A stretch of 64,000 bases of DNA from Entomortierella parvispora E1425 (lineage: Eukaryota > Fungi > Mortierellomycota): contig BQFW01000008.1 of assembly GCA_020891255.1 (NCBI GenBank), positions 2,108,001 through 2,172,000 of the forward strand, in the 5' to 3' direction. Below the pieces are notes generated by a model. The model was not told the DNA's origin and ran no database searches. It saw nothing but the letters and a program-made list of their open reading frames with translations. Numbering within the stretch: the stretch's first letter is position 1; every line of letters begins with the position of its first letter. The translations under genes were made by a program, and so were the position numbers. Positions 11,029-20,604 of the stretch are shown one piece after another.

Positions 11029-11927
11029 GAATCAGGGGATTCACCCGCGGTTACTTGATTAATTCCTCGGCTGCCGTTGCCGTACTTAGGGCAATTGGGA
11101 CTGATGTGACCCAATTCGCGGCAGCGGAAGCAGCCACCGTTACGTACAAGGTACTCTCGGTCGGCGGCGGTCAGGGGTGCGGGGCGATCTCGAGAAGGGT
11201 TGTTAGTACCGTTGGTGGGGCGGCTCTGTAAGGAGCGGTGAAGGGTGCCGAGTTGCTTGTGGATATTGTTGAGTTGGATATGAATATTGTCCACTTCCAT
11301 TGCGTTGGGGTCGGTGATACCAGCAGAGGATCCCGAGGCAGCCAGTGCTTTGGCACCGAGTGATGGGTCTCCAGTGTGGAAGATACGACCGAACTCCTCC
11401 GCGGCCTTGAAGAGTCTGGGCAGATCTATGGTGTCGTTGCCTGCATTAACAATGGCCACTTCCAGCATCTGGCGAAGCTGAGTAGGTGCACCACTGAGAA
11501 AGGCAGTACGGATAGTATCGTTGAGAACTGCGTTGTCGGCGTAGTAAGACTGGAGGAGCAGGTGGTATTCACGGGCTTTGGTAATATAGGCCATGACGTT
11601 GGAGATGTTCAGTGGTAGTGTCATTTTCATTTGCATTGTGAGGGCGAGAATGTGCTCCTTAAACTTCGCAGGGCTGAACTCGGCGGCAAGGAGCTCGCTG
11701 AAATCCGGGAATGAGGTGTCGGATGGCTTGTTTAAGAGTTCCCACCAGCCGATAACCTCATCGCCGGCAAAGGCAAGGGTAACCCCGACCTTGCGAGATT
11801 CGGCAATTCCAGCGCCATCGAAGAAAAAGGTCATGCGTTTCAGAAAACCGAGAACAGAGAATCCGTCGCGCTTGCCGTTGAACGGTGTTGGATGAGGGAA
11901 TTTGAATGACGGTGTCGCGGAGTCCAT
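11007..11927 (-). CDS. Gag of element B (intact ORF)
   Basis: MDSATPSFKFPHPTPFNGKRDG…GGCFRCRELGHISPNC…SGKASGN*. The frame is open from 12050. Confidence 0.9.
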   Translation of the reverse strand: MDSATPSFKFPHPTPFNGKRDGFSVLGFLKRMTFFFDGAGIAESRKVGVTLAFAGDEVIGWWELLNKPSDTSFPDFSELLAAEFSPAKFKEHILALTMQMKMTLPLNISNVMAYITKAREYHLLLQSYYADNAVLNDTIRTAFLSGAPTQLRQMLEVAIVNAGNDTIDLPRLFKAAEEFGRIFHTGDPSLGAKALAASGSSAGITDPNAMEVDNIHIQLNNIHKQLGTLHRSLQSRPTNGTNNPSRDRPAPLTAADREYLVRNGGCFRCRELGHISPNCPKYGNGSRGINQVTAGESPDSGKASGN

Positions 11928-12045
11928 GTTGGGTGAATTGTCGAGGGAGAGTTGATCGAAGAGGGATACGAGGGGGTCCAGGGTGTGAGTGTGTCGGAGG
12001 GTCAGTGGGTCAGTGAGGTCAGTGGATCGAAAACCTTTGCTACCA

Positions 12046-12156
12046 TGCAATAGGAGTATCGAGGGTGGAGTGGAGACAAGAAGTGAGTTTTATTATATTG
12101 CAAGTTTCTAGCTTTTGTAGGTACACATCGCGTGATGTCACCGTATTCCTGTTACA
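12046..12156 (-). repeat. 5' LTR of element B (family L3, 111 bp)
   Basis: TG…CA ends, followed by the PBS, with 110/111 identity to the inverted copy at 12543-12653. Confidence 0.93.
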
Positions 12157-12653
12157 TGCTGCGTGCCACCAATATCACCATCCCAGCCGACAGTATCAGA
12201 CCAGCCGATAAGCTTCGACCTCAGTTCCTTGGCCCGTTCACACTTTTGGAGCAACACTCACCTGTCACCTTCCGCGTCGAGCTGCCACCATTCTACAAAA
12301 TCCATGATGTCTTCCACGTTGATACCTTTCCACTGTAATTGACGGCGAAGAGGAGTATGAAGTGGACAAAATTTTAAAGTACCGCTTCTACCGCAGACAA
12401 CACCAGTTCCTAGTGTCATTCAAAGGCTACGGCAGAGAAGCTGACGAATGGCTCCCAGTAAGCAACTTGGACAACTGCATGGACTTGGTCACAACCTTCA
12501 AAGAGCAGCACGGTATCATTTTTATTTTTTAAAAGGGGCAGGTGTAATAGGAATACGGTGACATCACGCGATGTGTACCTACAAAAGCTAGAAACTTGCA
12601 ATATAATAAAACTCACTTCTTGTCTCCACTCCACCCTCGATACTCCTATTGCA
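12157..12653 (+). mobile_element. 3' end of an L3-family chromovirus ('element E'): integrase C-terminus, chromodomain, PPT, 3' LTR
   Basis: KLRPQFLGPF…FRVELP…IHDVFHV (IN C-terminal domain) and EEYEVDKIL…FLVSFKGY…EWLP (chromodomain), with an internal deletion/frameshift. PPT AAAAGGGGCAGG at 12531-12542, LTR at 12543-12653. Confidence 0.9.
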
Positions 12654-13314
12654 CTGGTGCTTGGGAAACCTCCCTACTCTTCTTCTCGCCCTCCCTTGAG
12701 TCTCTTCTGAACCCTCAGTCATGCGGCCTTGTTCCCTTTCCCAGATAGAACTTCTCCTTTGCCTTGCTTTACTGAATAGATCCACCCCATCCCCCTCTAT
12801 TAGCAGTAAAGTAGAGAAGTCTCAGTACTTCTGCCTCCGTAGCTTTTGTTCTCCTGTTTAGATCCAATTAGGACTTGCCTGCTCCATGTAGGTTGTCGTT
12901 GTATCCATTCAGTTCGCTCCTGTTATCAATTGGTTCTGCTGCTTACTCTCTTCCCCTATTATTCAGTTCATTCTCTTTAGAGATTGTATCTGATCATACA
13001 ACAGTGTTGTGCCGATCCCTCGTGGCCCTGATGTGGCATATCGTGGGCCTTGAAGTGTATTAATAGGGATGTTTATTTTAGTAACCTAGTTTAGTAGCAA
13101 GCCACCCTCGCACTCCCTTATCAAAGGAGTGCGAGGGTAGAATATAAAGACCCTTCTTCTTGTCTCGATAGTTATATTGTAAGTGAGAGCCCAAAATATC
13201 CCACAAAGTCCCTATCCACTGTAAGGAGCGAGTTTGTTTGTTATTTTTGTTTGTTATCATATTCGTTTCTAGCTGCATCAGACCCTAGACTATACTTACA
13301 TTAGCAACATCATA
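12654..13314 (-). repeat. Long LTR fragment (family L4, copy 2), interrupted by an L1 solo LTR
   Basis: Colinear with 9317-9819. Its terminus TATGATGTTGCTA resembles TGTGATGTTGTCTA (9819) and TGTGGTGTTGCTA (8232). Confidence 0.8.
13032..13203 (+). repeat. Solo LTR of family L1 (172 bp)
   Basis: 168/172 identity to 6975-7146. No TSD is recognisable. Confidence 0.93.
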
Positions 13315-14556
13315 CCGTTACCACCCTAGATTTTAATAATAAAGCAATTTATTGGCCCTCAGTGATGTGAACTTGACCTGCGCGCAGGTCCAAAATCCTT
13401 TGTGGACATGTTTTTTTTGCTCAAAAATTGTTCAATTCTGATTTCACGCATGCCTTCTTGGGGCTATTTTTCCTATAAACCGATCTCGAGAACATACATC
13501 AATATGGAGATGATGGAGTGGTCCTATGTTTTCATTGACTTTGAAGTCTAAAAAAGAGACACAGCAGCCTTCAATGGTTTTGGATAAATGCGCAAAAAAA
13601 TAAAAAATAAATAAAAATTGTGAAAACGATGGGTTTTGGCATTGAATATCTCGTCCTTTACAGTGCATTGAGACCTCTAACTCCCTTCAACAATAGCATT
13701 GGTGCCCTCTACAGGTTTCGGGTTCGAAAAACACCATCGCCATAGAAAACCAAAGAAGTGTAGTGGAAGTGTCAAATTTTTTGTTGAATAAGGGTGCACT
13801 AGTGGAGGGCCGAAAGCTCCTATTACTAAATAAGGTTCTTTCCGTTCCTTGACATGCTTTGGGCGTGGCTGGTTTAAATGGTCGAGTCGAATGTTGGGTC
13901 CTGTGTAATGACCTCTCCTACCAATAGTAAGAAAACTCACATGGGAACTAAGACTCGGGTGATTATTCTTTGGAATTGACTGATTACACAAGAACAGGAG
14001 ATCCAGACGTTGTGCAGTGAGAGGAAGAGCGAGAGCGATAGCACAATGACAACTCCCATGGAAGGCAGGAAGGTCCCGTTGGACGTCTGATGACAGGTTT
14101 CACTGGGATGCGATGCAAACGGATGGCCACGTACGTACAGCAAACACCGATCACAACGTACACACGACGCGCGTGGTCTCTGGTCTGGGCCATGTTTCAC
14201 AGGACGATCCTTTGGGACGCGCGGGGGGAAAGACGCGTGTCTCAGCCGCGGGGGAGAACCTGCCCAGTAAGGCTGCTGCATGCATGCAGGCGTGAGCACA
14301 CATTGGCTTCCGGCGGACGCTAAGACAGGTCACTGCCGAGTTGTTGTTGCACGCCCGTCATTGTCTTTGATGCTTTTACTCTTGGCGCCGACGAATCTAT
14401 TCCCCCTCTTGTGCTTTCTCAGCCTTTGATTCATGCGCCATTGCCGATCTGTGTCATTTCTACTGTCCCACATTCACTCTACTGAATCGCTCCTGGCTTT
14501 TGGTCTCTACCACTCTTTGGTGCTGACGAATCCAGCCAATCCATTATCTCCTCAAT

Positions 14557-16575
14557 ATGCCTGCCCCAGTCGAAATACACTCTCCACGACTGCTCCGGCC
14601 TCAGTCTAGTTACGGCACTCCCTTGTTGCACCAACATCCATACCTGTCTGCAGCCTTCGAGTAAGGAGTATTTCAATATTATTAGTGACAGGCCCTCTCT
14701 GTTGCTTACTCATATACGTTTTATACGAAACCTAGGATCGATGGCGATTTCGAGCGTTTAAGGTCTCCATCTTTATCCTACGCTGCTTCCTCAATTGCAA
14801 CGCCACCAGCGGCGGCAATATCAGATAATTTACGGTGCCGTGAGTTCGAAACGGCGTTTTGCCGCGACTTCTTCTGCTGTGGCCTTACCCTTTTAGATTT
14901 GCATGATCTGCTACAGCACTATGAGGAATGCCATGTTCATTTTGAAGATGAGAAAGATGACGAAAGCATCCCCTCTAGTGCTCTCGGTGGCATGGATCTC
15001 TTGAAGGAAACGAGCGGTCAAGATGCCGAGTTCTTGGACGATGATAGCTGGAGCGACACAGAATCAAATTGTTCACAGCCATCATCCACTGAGTCTTTAA
15101 AGGGGAATCTGAGACGAAGGTTCTCCAGAAACAGTAGTGGTGATATTCAAGAAGTAACAGCAGCGGCCTTGCGACTAAAGCTCCTGGCTGCAGTTAAAGG
15201 TGCAGAGGCACTGACACCAAGCCACAGCGAGCATGCTCTGTCCCAAATGCATACATCGCTCTCTTCTTTCACGATGCCTCAGATGCACCGCGGTGACCCT
15301 GACTCCGTCAGCAAGAGCGATAACATCACAGCTCACGCTGTTGATGCCTTGGGTTTTGGGATGTCCAACAAACGAAAGACCATGGTGTCATTGGCTGATA
15401 TTTACACTGATTTGAACGAAAACGACAAAGATGATGTGCAGTCATCAGCATTCCCGAACACCATATTGAGATCGCTCACCAGCGCAGCAGCGTCAGAGCT
15501 ATTGGGACCCTTGGCCAAACGACAGGCCCTTGAATCCAATCAAAGGTCGATCGCAGCTGCTATTTTATCAGACAAGAACGGAGGGGTGCATCCATTCTTT
15601 CAATTCGGTCCTTCTTTAACAACCCCAATACATCCGTCTAACCTCTTCCCGGGTTCTACAAGGTCGATCAGTCCGTTGTCTACAAACCATGTCCATCGAC
15701 CCTCCCTGTTATACCATTCTTTGGCACCGTTGTCAGTGCCAGCAACTACGTCGGATGTCACACACAGAAACTCGCCTTCGCCCTATGTCACTGCGGCCGT
15801 CGATCTCATGCGCCAGAGAGAGGAGGTCTTCAGCATTCTTGAAGACATGACAAAGCCGCCGCCTAACAGCTCAAGCGAGAATAAGCCTTACAGATGTTCT
15901 GTCTTGGGCTGCGACAAGGCCTATAAAAATCCAAACGGACTCAAATATCACAATCTGCATGGCCATTGCTCCAATGGACTCAATGATCAGGAGGGGCCGG
16001 AGTCCAAGCCATATGTTTGTACTTTCTTGGAATGCGGCAAAAGGTACAAGAACCTCAACGGTCTCAAATACCATATTGAACATACACACCCCAATCTCAT
16101 TGCAGCTCTCCGTGCACATCAGTCGGGATTAATTCATCACCCTCTGCTCGTGAACGCAGCCGCATCAGGTGTACCAGAAGGCGACGTTTTTCTCAATAAT
16201 ACCACTCAAGCAACTGCAGCCATGACGATAGCAGCCGCACTACAAGCCGTTGATTCAAGTCCCATGATGGCGGCGGCAACTACTGCCATCATGACAGCCC
16301 AAGCAAACCACAACGGCAACAGCAGCAGCAACAGCAGCAACAATGGTGGCACTTCCTTGGCTTCCATCATGGGAAATGCAGACTCTAGTTCAGACACCTC
16401 AAAATGTAGTGGTCGAGTTGTTCAGAATGGCTCTCTGCAAGCCTCAAGCATACAGGGTGCGTTTTTGTCTACGCCAGTCCCTATTGCACCTCATGTTCCA
16501 TTAACTGTGGGCCCATCTGTACGAGCTATTCCTGACAACAACATCTCGAAGATCCCTACGACTCTTCTGCCATAA
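14557..16575 (+). CDS. SFP1: Sfp1-like C2H2 zinc-finger transcription factor (intron ~14661-14735)
   Basis: N-terminal FCRDFFCCGLTLLDLHDLLQHYEECHV motif and paired fingers KPYRCSVLGCDKAYKNPNGLKYH and KPYVCTFLECGKRYKNLNGLKYH. Confidence 0.85.
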
Positions 16576-16778
16576 GTAGATAGTCAGCCGACGACATTTA
16601 TTTATGTCTAGTTCATCGTTTGATGGTGTCGCTTTGATTCATCAACGTTTCCTCACAAAATGCCCAGAATTTGAGCAGTGTTGGCTTGATCGTATGCACT
16701 GTGAAGCGACTTCTGATCAAAAGAAAACATTGCAGTTAGTATATACTCTTGTTTATAGGCAATAAAAATAACAGCAAT

Positions 16779-19700
16779 CTAGTCGCACCTCGTATCTGGT
16801 AACATAGGGTATTGCAACCTAGGAATCGACTTGATCGTCTCACCAGAAAGCAGGCATTTAAGTACATGCAGCGTTAAATAGTGCGATGAGAGACGCTTCC
16901 ACAGAACCGAGTACTGGAAAAAGATCGCTGACGTTGGCAAGGGTGAGTTCTAAGGATGCAATATTAGCCGGGCTGAATTTGAAGAACAATAAACAAATGA
17001 ATAAAAAAAAACCGAGGAAACGCTAGCAGTAATCCTTACCGTCAAAAACAAATAGCTGACAGTCCTGGGTATGGTGTCGCGCGGTTCCGCTCCATTCGAA
17101 TCCGGCATCAAACCCTCTAGCCGTTCTTGTATCTCAGCGTTGCGAATATCGATAGGATTCGTTGAAACACGAGATCTAAAATTTCGATTGCCTGGGAAAT
17201 CGTGTTGGAGTGGTGGATGGCCCTGCTGGTGGAGAGCCGGCAGGATGTCTTGCTTGGCCAGCAATGTTTGTTGATGATCCATATTTTGGACCGACGAGTA
17301 ACTGTCTTTCGGTTGATGCTGTTGAGGGTAGTCAGCAGTGACTGACCGCAATGAGCTCACCACCCATCGCAACGGAGTTGCTCGATCAAAAAAGAACCGC
17401 TCGGGACAGACCTCAAGTCGCAGGCCTCCTGGTAACCGGTCAGGGTCCTTCAATCGCAGCATGATTGCAAAAAGAGGGAAATGGTTCAAGCATGCCAGGA
17501 GCGTTTCCATGGTCGCTTGCATACATATGACGGCGACTCGACTCTACAAAGATCCAATAATAACTTCTTAGTGGGAGAAAAGGCAACAGGACAGTGGAAA
17601 ACTACACAACCCATAAAAGGGGCCAAAAAAAAAAAAAGCTTACCAATGCAAATGTGAGATAGTAAACCATTATTGTGGGGAAGAGAAAGGTCAGCAGAGT
17701 GAATAAAATTGTCCCCAGTAGTAGCTGATCCAGGTCATAGTCGCAGGAGTCAATGCGATGGCGTAGGGTGTTCCTTTTTTTGCCTAGAATTCAATAGGGA
17801 GTTGCTTAAGTGCCTGTGTAATTATGTTACTGTGATAAGCGGTGGTTCACATGTTTAAGAAATACCTCGGAAGAGATTAAAGAGTGAGTAGAGGATAGTC
17901 AGCTGCCAGTGGAATATTCTTGCGGCCACCATATAGAACCAATATATATGTAGCGTCGTAAATGCCAATAGGTCGGATATTAAAGACAGGGTCATGGTAG
18001 CTCCAAAAATGCCCGAGAAGCCGATGAAGTTAATGACTATCGGCACAATGGGCTGCAAAGAGAAAATAAAGTCTTGAAAAAGTAGTGGCTACAGTCAGTA
18101 ATCACGAAGCAAAGCCTAGGTGATCAAACGATGATGACTTACCTCTCCAAAGCTCCATAAGCCATTTAAAGAGCTGGCCTAAAAAGGGATTGAGCTCCGG
18201 ATTAAGCTTAAGTCCCGCCGGGTACTCGTTCTTGGAAGTCAGCCACTCCAATACGGCAGAGATTGAATCAATCGTGTAGTCCTGTGGGAGTGAATGTCGA
18301 CCGTAAGAATGTAGCCCAGTGATACGATACGAGCGCAGATATAGTCAAGAAAACACTTGTAAATTGACTACCTTTACATATCGCTGAAGAACATCTGCCA
18401 TGTGGCAATTATTACTGATCAAGAAAGAGCCCAAGGCAACACCAATGATAATGTCGTTTGCCACAAGCCACATGCTATTGTAAAAGCTGATAGGAAAATA
18501 CGCACAGTCAGAGTCTATTGGTATTCAATAATATATTAGTCAGTAACGTATTGTATACCTGATATATTGCGCGCGGGTAATTGAGGTGTTTGTCCACGCC
18601 TTTTTTTTAGCCATATAGTATTGCCAGGGCCAAAAGCATGCCTGCTGCAGCCGAAGATCGATCTGTTGTCCTGTGGTTGTCACATCCTTGATGGCAATAC
18701 CGTTGAACGCCCAGGTCGGGAACTTCCAATTCAATATCCACAAACATATCTCCACCAATGCTCTTAATACAAAAAGTGTGATCATGAGAGGACGGATCGT
18801 AAATGGCTGAATAAGGGGCCACAATGTCGTTATGGTGACTGAAAGTTTAGAGCGAACTTTCAAGCTCAAATCGACAGCGGATTCTCGAACAGCTTCAGAC
18901 ATACTCCTGCTTCTTGCCCGTCGGCGTAACAAGTTTTTTGCTTTTGAGTGCACAGCCTGCTCCATTTCATACGAAGAATTGATCTAGTATTGCACATGTG
19001 AAGTTTGAGTATAAAAGACAACGTGATCATTCTTAAATACAGTCCAGACAAGAAGTTACCTGTTGTAATGTAACGTTCATATCATCAGTCACCGTTCTGC
19101 CAGAAGATGTTATGAACAGTCGCGAATGATTCAATGACGACCTCGTTTTCTTCTGAGCTACCTTTGGACTCAACGCTGCATCAAACAGTGCCCCAGAGGC
19201 ATTGATTTTTGATATATCAAGAATCAATGGGTCCAATGAAAGAAACTGGAAGCTCCTGGGGTCAGGCTGCCTGTAAAATATAATCTCTGAGCTTACATTG
19301 CTATATCTGAATCCACAGCAATGCAACGACTCCAGTGAGGGTATGTAGGTTGGCTTAATATTGATGGTAAGCCACAGATTTGCGGTTTGCTTATGTTCCA
19401 GTAAAGAGCGTGACTCTAACAGGCGTCGATTGCTTTCGGAAACTGAAGCCGCATCCATGCCATCTGCAAAGGGTACAATTGCCACTCCTAGCACCACGGG
19501 GTTGACACCACATGCCTTGTTGATAGCTGAAAAATGGGAGTCTGCTGCCACTAATCCCAGGGCGGATACAAGTGCATCTAGCTATCGTCATTTGGTCGTG
19601 ATGAAGTCGCGTCAAGTTCAATCATTCAAGATGTGCAGTGGTGAATGCAAATGTACTTACATCAATATCGGAGACAATGGTCGCTATGCATGCTGTGAAG

Positions 19701-19798
19701 CTTCTGACATTCCAGCCAATGATAAATCCAGTTCTGAGGTGTCGAGAACACAGGTGCGCTGGCCACAACGTTTTTGATATGGCTGCCGATGAGTTCAT
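16779..19798 (-). CDS. GPI1: GPI-GlcNAc transferase subunit Gpi1/PIG-Q (multi-exon)
   Basis: Exons encode [52 protein letters not shown] and [22 protein letters not shown], with canonical GT-AG junctions. Confidence 0.92.
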
Positions 19799-20604
19799 GA
19801 TCCCACTGGCGGTAAAAGGCCGAATAAGAGTCGTGGACAGAATACAGTTGGTGCTACAAGATCGTTTCAGAAACTTCCACGTCTCTGCAAATGCTCTCTG
19901 GCCGAGGTTCGGAACGGGTAGTCTTGTTTCTAATAGTAAAGTAGGAGTTGTCTAATAAGCATTTGTTCTGTAGAGGCATGTATTAGACGCACGGAATCTC
20001 TTACTCTTCTCGCTTCAAAATTGGCAATGCGCTCAAGAGGGATAAGGATCAGGAGAAAGAGTGTAATCAGAATAAGAAAGGCGTACAGGAGATGTCGCTA
20101 AAAAAATAGACGAATGTGGTTAGTAAGTGACAACTTTTGGATCTGGCAACAGATGAACTAATTCAATGTCACAGACCTTGTGGGTTGTTTCAGGAACGGA
20201 TGCTGCAAAGTCGTAGACGGTCGAAATTACGGCAAAATTGCAGGCGTGGTAGCCAATAGCAAATGAAAGGATGGCCGATATCAGGTAGGTCCGCATTCAG
20301 AGCAACGCCAGAAAGATTGATGTGGAGATGCCTGCATTAATTGTTGCGATCTGTTCACGCAAAACCCTCCAAGCTCACGTATCACGTGATGGTGTTTCAC
20401 ACCGCGTCCCAATTTGCCTGAGGTCGCACCCTGGCTGGCTGCGCTGCAACCCCCAATCCTCAATGCACGCGTACGAAAGCGCGCCCCTCCATTCGTCTTC
20501 ATGCTTTTCTTTTCATCGCGGTTTACTTATGTTGAATCGTAATGTCTATTAGCCTCTGAATGGCGCTAAAGTCCAAGAAAAGAGAAAAGTGACCTGCTTT
20601 CAAG

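Larger units (their letters stand above)
9820..12156 (-). mobile_element. 5' half of Ty3/gypsy element B (family L3): LTR, PBS, gag, -1 frameshift, PR, start of RT
   Basis: LTR 12156-12046, PBS 12045-12034, gag with a CX2CX4HX4C knuckle, and pol with LIDGGAEGNII (PR) and [24 protein letters not shown] (RT N-terminus). Confidence 0.93.

Noticed and set aside
13715-13740. GGTTCGAA as a tRNA T-loop
   Set aside because: There is no cloverleaf, acceptor stem or A-box. No tRNA, rRNA or snRNA signature was recognised anywhere in the window.
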